From Vicugna vicugna (lineage: Eukaryota), in the NCBI GenBank assembly GCA_013265495.1, contig PNXW01019480.1, positions 114,144 to 134,143 of the forward strand: DNA of 20,000 bases, given 5' to 3'. Under the pieces are notes generated by a model, which was not told where the DNA came from, did no database searches, and saw only the letters and a program-made list of their open reading frames with translations. Numbering within the stretch: the first letter of the stretch is position 1; each line of letters starts with the position of its first letter. The position numbers were made by a program, and so were the translations under genes. Positions 1 to 12,074 of the stretch are shown here, one piece after another.

Positions 1-1090
1 AGCACGAACAAGAGCACTTAAGCACTATTTGTTTTTAAGTCTTAATTTTTACTTAGAGTATTTGCTATCGTTATGTCTTCAAGTTTGCTAGTGTTTACTA
101 CTGAATTCCATTCAGTGTATTTTTCATTTCAATTACTATGATTTTTGTCATTAGACTGGTGATTTGTACCTTATTAAATATATCTCATTTCTCTACTTAA
201 CATGACCACTCTTTTTTCTAGCCTTTTGGACATATGGAACATAGTTATAATAACTTTTTAATGTGCTTGTCTAATAAATTTAGCATCTATGTAAGTTCTA
301 GATCGATTGGATTGATTGATTTTTCTCCTTGTGATGGGCCCCAGTTTTCTGCTGCTTTGTATGCCTGGTCGTTTTTTATTGAATGCCAGGCATTTTGAAT
401 TTTATCTTTTGGTAAAATTTTGGTATACATTTTTACCTTTTGGTGCTAGACATTTTTGTATTATTATGCACCTTGAACTTTATTATGAGATAGTTATTTG
501 GGAGCAGTTAAATCTTTTTCGAGTCTTGCTTTTAAGATTTATTGGGCAGGACCACAACAGTGTTTTGCATTAAGTTAAACTATCTCAGCCTACTGAGGCA
601 AGACCCATCTGAGTACCTCATGCCTCATGAATTGTGAGTTTTTCTGTTCTGAATTGTGGAAATAGGCATGATCTCCAGACCTGTTTGAGCTTCTGACACT
701 TGTTCCATCTAATCTTTTCAGATCGTTCTTTCACCAGCCTTGGGTAATTTCCTTATATGCATTCACTTATCAGTACTCTGCTGAATACTTTATGGCAGTC
801 CTTCAAAGATCTCAGGAGTTCTCCCTAAGTGCAGCTCTCTCCTTTTTGATATTCTCTTCTCTGAACTCTAGCTGCCTCGGTCTTTCTGGTTTCATCTCTG
901 AATCCTCTGGGCTTCAACTGCATTCTCCCTCATTGCACGAACTGGAAACTCCCCCAAGTTGTAAAGATATTCCCTCATCTCTCAGGGATCACTGGTTTTC
1001 ACTTGGTGATGTCCAGTGTCTTGAAAACAATTATTTCATATTTTGTCCCCACCTTTTTAGTGTTTTTGTCAGTTTAGAGGGTAACACCAG
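1..1090 (-). mobile_element. Ancient LINE-1 (L1M-type) 5'UTR/ORF1 fragment
   Basis: T-rich + strand with blocks typical of antisense old L1 5' ends (tatgtcttcaagtttgcta; catagttataataactttttaatg; ttttctgctgctttgtatgcctgg). No intact ORF. Confidence 0.65.
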
Positions 1091-1270
1091 CCTCTGATTG
1101 CCTCTTAGGAAGCTATATGGTGAAGACTTGTTAGATAATTCTTTCCTTTCCCTTTCCTCTTCCTCTTCTTCTTCTTTTCCCCTCCTCTCCTTTGAGCTGG
1201 TTGATTTCCTCACTACCGCCAAATATCTGATGTAAGTGACAGTCGTACTTTAAAAATTTTTGTTATCAGA

Positions 1271-1712
1271 TGAGGAGAAAGAGTCTGAACAAGAGCAAGA
1301 AATTTATTCAAAGCCAGGGATTTGAGGAAGATTTTGGATTACAGGAAATGTGACCGCATATTCCAAGGGTAACTCTTCATGACTCCGAACTTAAACTTCT
1401 GAGTATAAAAACAGGTAAAAGAGGCAGATTAACCTGCTTTAAAAGATAGATGTTTAAGGCTTGGGATGGATACTCACAGGATTGGCTCCAAGACTATAAT
1501 AAATGTTAGAGTAACTGTGCTCTAATCTTAGACACCGTCCTACATTAAGATGAATTCATACATGTAGGTCAAGCAGCCTATGATGTGGGTTACATGATCA
1601 TAACTTCAGTTCAATTTCAGGGATCATAAGTCACCAAGAAGGTCATGATGGTGACAAAACATGTGTGAAGAGCATTGAAGAGCTTTTAGCCAGGCTTCAG
1701 ATCTTGTTAACA
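1271..1712 (-). mobile_element. Solo LTR (442 bp), family not identified
   Basis: TG...CA termini (tgaggag...ttaaca) flanked by an exact 5-bp direct repeat TCAGA (1266-1270 and 1713-1717). Minus-strand AATAAA at 1303-1308, about 30 nt from the 3' end. Confidence 0.7.
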
Positions 1713-1782
1713 TCAGAAAATTCATCAACAGAGATAACCCCTATGAATGTAGTAATCATGAATTATCTTTCCACCAGAGTTC

Positions 1783-2656
1783 AAATGTTGCTCAACATTG
1801 CTAATCATCAGAAAAATGCAAATCAGAACCACAGCGATATATCACCTCACATCTGTCAGAATGGCCATCATGAAAAAGTCTACAAATAACAAATGTTGGA
1901 GAGGATGTGAAGAAAAGGGCACTCTCATACACCATTGGTGGGAATGTAAATCATTGCTGCCACTGTGGGAAACAGTATGGAGGTTTCTTGAAAAACTAAA
2001 ATTAGAACTACCATATGACCCAGCAATTCCACTCTTGGGTATATATGTGAAGAAAGTGAAAACACTAATTCAAAAAGATACATGCACCCCAATGTTCATA
2101 GATAGCAGCGTTATTCACAATAGTCAAGATATGGAAGCAACATGTAAGTGTCCATCAACAGTTGAATGGGTAAAGAATATGTGCTAAATAAATACAGTGG
2201 AATATTAGCCATAAAAAAGAATGAAATTCTAAAAAAAATGGTTAATTTTGACATTTGCAACAACATAGATAGACCTAGAAGGTATTATGCTTAGTGAAAT
2301 AAGTCAGATAGAGAAAGACAGATACTGTATGTTATTACCTATATGTGGAAATCTAAAACATAAAACGAATGAATATAACAAACACGCTCACAGACAGATA
2401 CAGAGAACAAGCTAGTGGTTACTGGTGGGGAGAGGGGTTGGGGGAGGGGCAAGGTAGAGGTAGGGGGTTAAGAGGTATAAATTACTATGTATAAGATAAA
2501 TAAGCTACAAAGATGTATTGTACAATACAGGGAAATATAGCCATTATTTTATCATAACTTTAAATGGAGTATAATCTATAAAAATATTGAATCACTATAT
2601 TGTATACCTTAAACTAATATAATATTATAAATCAACTATACTTCAGTATAAAAAAA
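1783..2656 (+). mobile_element. 5'-truncated LINE-1: ORF2 C-terminus, 3'UTR and A-tail
   Basis: ORF 1798-2187 is L1 ORF2p C-terminal sequence with an intact CX3CX7HX4C motif ([18 protein letters not shown]) and [13 protein letters not shown]. The 3'UTR has a G-rich tract at ~2425-2467 and ends aaatcaactatacttcagtataaaaaaa. Confidence 0.95.
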
Positions 2657-3189
2657 TTTATTCAGTATGGTTGGAGACATGGGGAAGAGAAGCTATAGGC
2701 ATGCACTTAATGTAGAAAAGCCTTTAGGAGCAAGTCAAACCTTAGTAATCATCAGAAATTCCAGTCTAGAGAGACACTGTTGGATATCCACAATGTGATA
2801 AAATACTTCCCTCTCTTATTTCATGCAGGTTCCCTCAGTCTCTATAAGTGATTCTTTGGATCCCTCTTCATGGCTTTGGCAAGAGAGTTGCATGCCCTTC
2901 CCTTCCTCAAGAGGGGAAAACACTCCCAAGGCAAGGACTCATAACACTGTAAATTGTGCTCTAATTCCTTCTAGTTTCCAAGTACATTTGGGATGAGAAG
3001 GAATGGGATAAGTATCAGTAGCATGACTAGTCAGCTCTCCTTGCCTAAGCCCTATAGGAATATGTTCAGGACTCCTTGGTGACTCTTTTTAGGATTTGGA
3101 GATACTTGGCATTGGCATCTTTTTTTTTAAGCTCTGTGGCTTTAACCAGAACTCAGAGGCAAGTGTAAAAGTCCCATTCAATATCCTGC

Positions 3190-3390
3190 TGAGTTTGTAT
3201 TCAAGTATTTTCTTACTTTATACTGCCATAGAAACATGCTTCTGTCATTAAAATCATCCAGATAGTTCAGATTTTTGTAATTCCCCAATTAGAGCACAAT
3301 CTTGAAAGGTAAATTACTGAGAAAGCACAGATATTTTTTAGGTCCTAAATACACACTTCCAAATTAATTTCCAGAAAAAAATGAATGATT
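3190..3390 (-). mobile_element. Probable highly decayed L1ME-type fragment
   Basis: Pattern resemblance only (aaggtaaattactgag...cttccaaattaatttccagaaa). Confidence 0.35.
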
Positions 3391-3479
3391 TATTTGGCTT
3401 TTGGATTGGGAAGGACATTTGCAGCATTAAAAGAAAAAGAAGCTATGACAATGGAAATGAAAGTATATGGTTTACATTT

Positions 3480-4035
3480 TTTATTAGATCAAGAATTCAT
3501 AAACAAAATTAAGAGGAAAGCCAAGCCATAAACTTAAAAAAATTGCAATAGATGTGATAAATATAAGGTTAATATCCTTAATATTTAAAGGACTCTTGCA
3601 GAAAGTGTGTTCCATTTTATTAGTCATGAAGGAAATACTATTTAAATCAATTAAATATTTTGTTTCTCAAACTGAAAAATATTTTTAAAGCAAATACTCA
3701 GTACTTATCAAGGGTACATGAGAACTCTTCTATATCACTAGCATTGATAAAAATCTTTCTGGAAAGCATTTTGTTATTATTGAGTAACAGCCTTAAAATA
3801 GTTTATATACCTTTGACTTAGTAATGCCATTTCTAATAATGTACCCTAAGAAAATAATTGAAGATGTGCTGAGAAGTTTGTAGGGGGGAAAAATCACCAC
3901 AACGATAATATAGTAAATAAAAATAAATAGAAATAATACTTTTGTTAATTAGCCATAGGTAAATTTATATCACTGGATATTACACAGTTATTATAAAGAA
4001 GTTTGCAAAGGCTTTTTAATGTTGTGGAAAATGTT
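3480..4035 (+). mobile_element. Highly decayed L1ME-type ORF2 3' end
   Basis: Recognisable blocks aaggttaatatccttaatatttaaag, ctttctggaaagcattttg and cctttgacttagtaatgccatttcta...taccctaagaaaataat ([13 protein letters not shown] homologue). Confidence 0.6.
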
Positions 4036-4812
4036 ATGTCAAAATAATTGTGATGTAACACCATGTACTACAACAGTTTCAGATGGAGTATGCTAATTAC
4101 CATTGTGAATGTGGATGTGGGTGTACAGTGTTGGAGTTGGTGGACCATTTCCCCAGTGTTTTTCAGATGATCTTTGTTTCATAAAATGAAATCAGGAAAT
4201 GCCATAAAGCTGAAGCGGGTGATGACTTGTGTAAGTCCAGCTCCATATCTCTTATAGTTGTTGTTCATGGTTCGTAATTCTCAAATTAGGTGGTTTATAA
4301 GTTTTATATTGATGTTGAACATTAAAAGACACATATGGAGCTAAATCATATCCCAGGTATCTGAGAACATTCAGATATACCTCTAGATTTGCAAGTGCAA
4401 ATGATAGAGGGCCTCTATGTCACAAGACCCCAAGAGCCCGTAAGGCAAGACCATCTGATAAATATCAAACAAACATCCTCAAACTGTGTGTGCAGGTCCT
4501 GTTTGCAGGGTTCTTCATCTTGTCTCTCCTGGTAACATTCTTCTGCTTATTAATAGAACGTTAATTGCTCAGTGATGGGAGGGAGAAATTAACTGAAAGG
4601 GAAATGTGGAGTATGAAGGAAGATGTAACCTATTTAAGTTTATGCCAGGATCATTTAATGTAATCTCTAGATGTCACTTTGGCTGCTCCCATGATGCAAA
4701 TTGGCATCAAAAACTCGGTTAACTTTCTTAAAATTGTATGAGCCTGACTGGGCTCAGTTTTGATTACATTAGACTGAGATCCATTAGTCTTTGAAAGCAG
4801 GTAACACTTGTG

Positions 4813-5274
4813 GTTTTTTAAATTGAACTGTATATAGTTAGTTATAATGAGCCAGTTTCTGGTGTACAGCATAATGTTTCAGTCATACATATACATACAT
4901 ATATTCCTTTTCATATTCTTTTTCATTATAGATTACTGCAAGACATTGAATATAGTTCCCTGTGCTATACAGTAGGACCTAGTTGTTTATCTATTTTATA
5001 TATAGTAGTTAATGTCTGGAAATCTCAAACTCCCAATTTGTCTTTTCCCATCCCCTTTCCCCTTGGTAACCATAAGTTTGTTTACTATGTGAGTCTGTTT
5101 CTGTTTTGTAAATAAGTTCATTTGTGCTTTTGCTTTTAAAATTCCACATATCATATGGTATTTTTCTTTCTCTTTCTGGCTTACTTCACTTAGAATGGTA
5201 TTTTCCAAATCCATCCATGTTGCTGCAAATGGCATTATTTTATTCTTTTTTATGGCTGAATAGTATTCCATTGT
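4813..5274 (-). mobile_element. Younger lineage-specific LINE-1 3' end (5'-truncated) with degenerate TSD
   Basis: The minus ORF contains MEYYSAIKKNKIMPFAATWMDLENTILSEVSQKEKEKYHM, the L1 ORF2 extreme C-terminus. T-run at 4814-4819. Flanking repeats GTAACACTTGTGGTTTT (4801) and GTAATACATGTGTTTTT (5273). Confidence 0.93.
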
Positions 5275-5529
5275 AATACATGTGTTTTTGCTCATCATTA
5301 TTTCTCCAGCACTTATCACAATATGCATCACCTCATAGCATACAGTACTTTAAATTTTCTTTCTAAATTCTTGTACATATGTAATGAAGGAGATGAAATC
5401 AATTTAGCTCCAGTCCAGAAAACATGGAAGCTAGTTTTAAGAATTCCATAATGCTCATTCTGAGACGCCATTATGTTTTATGCTTGGGCCTCAATGCACG
5501 GTATCTTTGTAAGAGTTTTAAGAATCATA

Positions 5530-7965
5530 TTTCAATGATTAGTCTATCCTTAGAAAGGGATGTTATAATCTCATGCTATGGTTTTGGTTTTATTATTCTT
5601 TCTTACACATCTATTAAATTATTATTTGTATATTATTCTGTTTACATTATGCAGTGAGCTTTTATCTAAAATAATGTTTTGCCTTAAAGTACTATGTCTA
5701 ATATTAATAAATTTTCATTTGTTTATTAATTATGTGCCATAACTTATTTCATCCTTTTATCCTTGCTATACGTTTGTGTTGGAGATATTTCTTTAGTGAA
5801 TTGCACGTAGTTGCTTGAAAATGAAAAAATGTATTAGCATAAATTTTCTTTGATTACAGCATCCCAAAATATCTGTAATTGCAGTTTTGATTTCCTCTTT
5901 GAAGGAAAGCGTTATTTATCCCCTCTCCAATGCTCTTCCTGTCTTTGTGTAGATCTAGGTTTCTGCCCTATATCATTTTCCTTGTGCCTGAAAGAAATCT
6001 TTTAACACTTCTTGCAGGGCAGGTCTACTGGTGATGAATTCCTTCAGTTTTTGTTTGTCTGAGAAAGTCTTTATATATCCTTCACTTTTAAAGGATACTT
6101 TTGCTAGATACAGAAATCTAGGTCAGTAGGTTTTTTTCTTTTTAACAGTTTACATATTCCATTCCACTCTTTTCTTGCTTGCATGGTTTCTGATGAAGTC
6201 TTCTGTAATTCTAATCCTTGTTCCACTATATATATACTTAGAAAAAATTTTTTCCTATGACTTCTTTCAATAGTTTCTTTTTGTTTTGGTTTTCTGCAGT
6301 TTGAATATGATGTGCCTCAGTGTAAATTTTTTAATGTTTACCTTCTTGAGCTTCTGGGACCTATGATTTGTTGTCTTCATTAATTTGGAAAAGTCTTAGC
6401 CATTATTATTTGGAATATTCTTCTGTTCCATTCTTTTTTTCTCCTTTGGTGTTCTGGCATATGTTGCATCCTTTGAAGTTTTTCCACAGTTCTTGAATGT
6501 TCTGTTCTCTTTATTTTTCTTCTTCTTTTTATCTATATATTAGTTTGGGAAGTATCTCTTGCCCTAACTTCAAGTTCACAAATTCTTTCCTCAGCCGTGT
6601 CCATTCTACTAATAAGCCCATCAAAGGCAGTCTTCATTTCTGTTATATTAATTTTTTTTATTTCTAGCATTTTCTTCTGATTCTTTCTCAGGATTTCCAT
6701 CTCTCTACTTATATTACCCATCTGTGCTTGCATGTTGTTAGCTTTATTCATTAGCTCCTTTAACATATCAACTATGGTTAAATTTCCTGTCTAATAATGC
6801 CAGCAGCTCTGTCATATCTGAGTCTGATGCTTGCTTTATCTCTTCAGACTTTTTCTTCTTGCCATTTGGTGTGCCTTGTAAGTTTTTGTTGAAAGCTGGA
6901 CATGTTTTAGGTAATAGGAACTGAGATAGAGAGGCCTCTAGTGTGAAGATTTATGTTAGTCTTGCTAAGAGTTGGGCTTTGTTTAAAGTTTACTTTAGCA
7001 ATAGGTGACAGAGGCTTCACATTCCTCTAGTGCCCTTGATTTTTTTATTGAAGTATAATCAGTTTACAGTGTTATGTTAGTCTTTGGTGTATAGCTTGGT
7101 GATTCAGTTATACACACACATATATTTTTTCATATTCCTTTCCACCATAGATTACAAGACATTGAATATAGTTCCCTGTGCTGTATAGTAGGACCTTGTT
7201 GTTTATCCCTAGTGTCTTTGATTTTTGTCTCCTTTTTTGACTTTGGGCTTCCTTAGAGAGTCATCTTGTAAGTCATTCAGCTATAATCCACTGTTATTAT
7301 ACTGGAGCTCTGTTGGTATGGTGTCATGGTGTGGGAGAAAGGGAGTATTTTCTAATATTCCAATTAAATCACAGTGTTTTAGTAGGTCTTTGACTCAGGC
7401 TTATGACCTTTACAGGTATTTCTTCTTGTATAGCCCCCCCCACTCTCCCCCTACATTAGATGAGACAGGAAAGCTAGAACACGGCTGGAGTGAGAAGAAA
7501 AATGTCCTTCCTTCATGGCTATAGGACAAGGCTCTGGTAGTCTCTCCTCTTGGAAAGTAGACCTTTGTTATGGTGAAGGCTCAGGGCATATTCCACAAGG
7601 ATATTCACAAGGACTCTTCCCCTCCTCTGTCTTTCTTGGATCTTTACCATAAGAAACTGGTGAGATTCCTGGAAATAAAACCCATGAAAGTGTGCTTCCC
7701 CCACAAGACTACCACTCCCAGGAGTTTCTCACTCTCACTCTGGTTCACACTCAACTTCTAGCAGTCTTTCAGAAGTTTCTTTCAGAGTACCTACAAGTTT
7801 ATGGCTTCAGTGGCTTCTGCTTTAGGTAAGCATATCTCATCTGTGACTCTTGATTCGCCTGCCCCTCAATATTTCAGGATGTTTGTTTGCTCTGAAACCT
7901 CATTTCTCTGTCGGGTCCAAGAAAAAGTCATTGAGTTTTAGTTTATTCAGCTTTTTGTTGTTGTT
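5530..7965 (-). mobile_element. Old LINE-1 5'UTR plus ORF1 region (L1MB/MC-like), interrupted at 7045-7208
   Basis: Minus ORF 6533-6766 (MGNISREMEILRKNQKKMLEIK...EMKTAFDGLISRMDTAEERICELE) is an L1 ORF1p coiled coil. 5990-6200 matches the ORF1 C-terminal region. The part from 5530 to 5830 is more decayed and may be a separate element. Confidence 0.85.
7045..7208 (-). mobile_element. Short (~165 bp) young L1 3'UTR insertion nested in the older L1
   Basis: 18-bp TSD CTAGTGCCCTTGATTTTT (7027-7044) / CTAGTGTCTTTGATTTTT (7209-7226), matching at 16/18. It shares caagacattgaatatagttccctgtgct...agtaggacct-gttgtttatc with the element at 4813-5274. Confidence 0.92.
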
Positions 7966-8053
7966 AGCACTTCTTTTCAAGGCTGTACCTCTAGTCTCAC
8001 ATTCATTCTGTTGAAAGGAAAAGCAAAAAAGAAGCAAGGAGTCAGTAAATATT

Positions 8054-8748
8054 GTGGGTTCCTGTAAAAAGGAGAAACAGAGACCTTATATTCCAGGATG
8101 GGAAGAGAACCTAGATAGGTTTGTAGGATCCTCTAGCATTGTGTCCTGGTGCCTCACTTCCAGGATAAAGCCAGGAAGAGGACAAGACCACAAAATAGAA
8201 GTGGTTGTGTGGTGTCTATAGGCATTCGGAGCTTTAGGCTTCCTCATATGGTTCCTCTCAGCTCAGGATATCATGAGAGTATAAGAGGAATATGTTAAGT
8301 AAAGACAGTCTCACAGGGATGAACAATCCCCAGCATATGATAGAGGCAGCAGAATAGTTCCTATGTATATGAGTTGTTTATACATCACACCCTCAGAGAC
8401 AGTCAGACCTTCGGGGGGCTTTGTAGTAAAGAATGAGGCTCAACTCAACAGCTACCTGCTTGGACAAACTTTGATGAACCAGATATGACAGCATGTAATG
8501 CCAGGATGCATATGTGATACTCAACATACATCACCCATCCTGGTGTTTTGACATATAAGATACCATAACTTAGATATAACTCTAATGAATGGGGTGAGAG
8601 GAACTCCATCCACACTGATGGAGTTGAGTTTCAACCACTCAGTAGATTGGGAACTTGACATAGAATTCAAGTTGAGTTGCAGAGAAAAAGAAACCTTACA
8701 TTTCCTGCATACCTAAATTTGTCAGAGAATATTCATACCCGATGAACA
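8054..8748 (+). mobile_element. Possible ancient LTR remnant
   Basis: Starts TGTGG. The 3' part (agaaaaagaaaccttacatttcctgcatacctaaatttgt...attcatacccg) resembles my recollection of the ends of ancient eutherian Gypsy-like/ERVL LTRs. No TSD found. Confidence 0.35.
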
Positions 8749-9024
8749 ACCAGGAGCAGAAAGTATGTGATAAATGCTGAGTATCCTAAACAAATTTATC
8801 TCTTCAAAATGCAGAGCATGTGGCACTTACTAGTTGAAAACCACAGTGGTCTTACCTCCAGGCAAGAGTGATGTCCTGTGAGAAATGACCTCTGGCACTT
8901 CGGTGGGTACCAAATGCAAAGGGAGCTGGGGATTTGAGAAGAAGAAAAAGGGAGAACTTCTAAAATTAAGCCTTCTTTTCTCTGCAGAGTGAAATCTGCC
9001 ATTAGTGAAGTGTGATTCCCCATC

Positions 9025-9300
9025 ACTTTTCCCCCTCTTCCTCTTCCACCCCGCTTCCCTCTGCTCCCTTTCCCCTTCCTCCTCTCTGCCCTTCTTATTT
9101 CAAACACTTCTCTTTTCTCCCTCGTTATTTTCTCTTCCTCCCTCTTCCTCTTTTTCTTCCTTCTCCTTGTTTATTTTCCTTTCTTCTTCATCTACCTGGA
9201 ATCTCTCTGTCTGCTTCCACCTCTCTCACACTCTTCCGTCCTACATCTCTTTTCCCTTCTGCATTCTACTTCCTTTTTCTCTTTCCTCCTGCTTTTTAAA
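9025..9300. repeat. Polypyrimidine/polypurine low-complexity tract (resumes at ~9545-9663)
   Basis: Nearly all C/T on the + strand, with imperfect CCT/CTT/TTC units. Confidence 0.9.
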
Positions 9301-9397
9301 TTTCAACTTAGTATCCATTCTTTCTGCATTCTCTTATTTCTCCTTATCTTAATCATACCATTTACTTGCAACTGCTATTTCACTTATTCTTTTTATT

Positions 9398-9544
9398 TTT
9401 TACATAGTCTTTTTGTTTAGCTTTTTTGTGGTGGGGGGAGGTAATGAGTTTATTTATTTATTTTTAGAGGAGGTACTGGGGATTGAACTCGGGACCTCAT
9501 GCATGCTAAGCATGGACTTTACCACTTAAGCTATACCCTCTCCC
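9398..9544 (-). mobile_element. tRNA-Ala-derived SINE, camelid vic-1-like, full length with TSD
   Basis: The minus strand reads GGGAGAGGGTATAGCTTAAGTGGTAAAGTCCATGCTTAGCATGCATGAGGTCCCGAGTTCAATCCCCAGTACCTCC followed by an A-rich tail. A box TAGCTTAAGTGG, B box GAGTTCAATCC. TSD CACTTATTCTTTTTATT (9381-9397) / CACTTATTTCTTTTATT (9545-9561). Confidence 0.9.
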
Positions 9545-9694
9545 CACTTATTTCTTTTATTCCTGTTTTCTTTGTGCTTCTTTCCTTCCTCCCTCTCTTC
9601 CTCACCATCTCGTCTCTTTTCAATTTTTCTCTCACTGTTACTCCCTCTCTTCATGCTCCCTTCTAACAAGAAGATGATGAAAATTGAAAGAATA

Positions 9695-9780
9695 AAATGG
9701 AATCAAGACATACTTAAAATGGTAAAATCAACAGAAATAGGTGATGGGTTAGATTTGGTGAAAAGGCAGAGAGAGATATG
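9695..9780 (-). mobile_element. L2 fragment
   Basis: ggtaaaatcaacagaaataggtgatgggttagatttgg is a typical antisense L2 block. Confidence 0.5.
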
Positions 9781-10311
9781 AATAATGGTAAGTAAAATAG
9801 GAAGAGAAATAAACTACTGAACATGATGTTTAGAAACTAATTAAAAAGCAACAAACATTCTAAACTGTGAAGTGGTAAAGTCATTTCAAGAAAAAGAAAG
9901 AGTTGTTATTTATTGAGATTATGACCCAATATTGTCTAGATGTTTCAGCAAGTTATATAAGACATCAAAATAAGTGCAATATATATAGCAAAATAAGTGA
10001 TCAAATTATTTTTATTGAATGATTTTAAATTAGAAATCTCAATAGTTACAATAAAAAAATACTAAAATTAGGAACTTCCTCTTCCAGTAGAAAGGAGTAA
10101 ATCAGATAGATGTACTTTTCCCTGTTTGTCCCTGGGCATTATGTATAAACCAAACATGGTTAGACCCTGAAAGTAGGAATTAAGATGGCATACTCTCTAG
10201 GGAACTTGGATACCAAGCAATGACATGGTGGTGAGTTTCCTGGGTTTTCTTTTGCCACATATATCCCAGACCAGATGCTGGAGAAGCTGGCAAACTGGAA
10301 ACACCATAGGG

Positions 10312-10333
10312 CACACACACACACACACACACA
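10312..10333. repeat. (CA)11 microsatellite
   Basis: Read directly. Confidence 0.95.
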
Positions 10334-12056
10334 AACAGCTCCAATATAAGTTTAATCTCTCTATATCCGAAAGACAAAGGCACCATAGTGAGACCAGAAA
10401 AAATTTTTTAGACAATAAGTCCTCTACTTTAGCTAAATACCAGAAGAAAAACTGGCCCCACCCCTACTAGCAAAAGCCGACTAGAGACCCTGTACTTCTA
10501 CTCTTGCCAGGCTGTACTGAGGTCTCAAATCTCCTGACGGAATGTTAGAGAAGGGTGAATGGGAAGTGGGAACAGCCCAATCCCCACAATGTTAGAGACC
10601 ATGTGGGGAGCCTGGATCTTCTCTAATGGGTGATAATGAGATACTCCTCCCCTTAACCATTGGGGTCATGTCCGAAGAAGACCTAGTGGAGAGTCAGGAT
10701 TTTATCAGCACCAAGCACTAGCAGTGATACACATTCCTCATGTAATTAGGCATCCAAGTCTCCCCCAGTCAGGGTGGTATCAGTAGAAGCTTAATATGGA
10801 GCTGGAACTCTCACTTAGCCCTCAGTAACAAGGAGCCCCTCTCTCCCAGGTGTCAATGAAGGCTGAGTGAGAATGTGGACTTCCACCCACATGTGATAAA
10901 ACAGAAGATTTAATAAGATTCAAATCCTTATGTCATAAGATGCAAAATACCCTGGATGCAATTGAAAATCACTTGTCATGTCAAGAATTGTGATAATCAC
11001 AACTTGAATGAGAAAAGACAGCCAACACACACCACCACCAAGATGACACAGATATTAGAATCATCTACAAGGGTTTTTGAACAGCCATGATAAAAATGTT
11101 TCAGTGAGCAGTTGTTCATAGAGCATGTAAAAGAATAGAAAGTCTTAGCAAAGAAATAGAAAGTCTCCAAAAGAAATAGAAGGTATAAAGAAGAATCAAA
11201 AAGAAATTTAAGACTGAAAAATCCAGTAAATGAACTTAATTAATAGATGAACTCAACAGCAGTACCAATAGATGAGCTCAGTAGCAGAATAAGATGACAG
11301 AAGAATGAATTAGTGAACTTGAAGGTGGAATGATAAAAATTATCATATCTGACAGAGAGAAAATAGGCTGAAAAACAAAAGTAAACAACCTCAGGCACTT
11401 CTTGGACCATTGCAAAAGATCTAACATAGGTGTCATCATATGGGCTGAAAAAGTGTCTGAAAATTTCCCAAATTTGGAAAAAAGCATAATCAGACATATT
11501 CAAGAAGCTGAGCAAACTTCAAACAGGATACAGTCAAAGAAATTCACACCTAGACACATCATTTTCAAACTTCTGAAAGCTAAAGGGAGAAATAAAAAAA
11601 TCTTAAAAGGCACCAGAGAGAGAAATGACCCTTTATCTGTAGAAGAACACCAGATCGGTGACAGCAGATTTCTCATTAGAAACCATAGAAGCCATAACAT
11701 TTTTCAAGTGCCACAAGAAACAAACTGTCAACATGGAATTATCTACCCAATGAAAATATTCTTCAGTAATGAAGAGAAGGAAATCAAAACATTTTCAGAA
11801 GACAGAAAACTAACAGGATTTGTCACCAACCTACTTACCCTAAAATAATGGCTGAATAGAAGTTCTTGAAAAAGAGAAAATGATAAAAGAATCTTGGACC
11901 ATCAGTAAGAAAGAAAGGATAATAAAAAGAATAAAATAAAGGTAAACATAATAGGCTTTCCTTTTCCTCTTGAGTTATCTTAAATTATGTTTGATGATTG
12001 AAGAATTATACCACTGTTGTTCTCAATGTATGTACAGGAAGTATTTAAGACAATTT

Positions 12057-12074
12057 TATATATATATATATATA
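12057..12074. repeat. (TA)9 microsatellite
   Basis: Read directly. Confidence 0.9.

Noticed and set aside
1798..2187. 129-aa ORF as a host zinc-knuckle gene
   Set aside because: It is the C-terminus of ORF2 in a 5'-truncated L1, with no ATG start or promoter, and it frameshifts near its end.
9465..9544. tRNA-Ala(AGC) gene on the minus strand
   Set aside because: The acceptor stem is degenerate, and it has an A-rich tail and a flanking TSD. It is a SINE head.
8796..9781. ORFs rich in S/L/F/P or R/G/K
   Set aside because: These are translations of the polypyrimidine tract.
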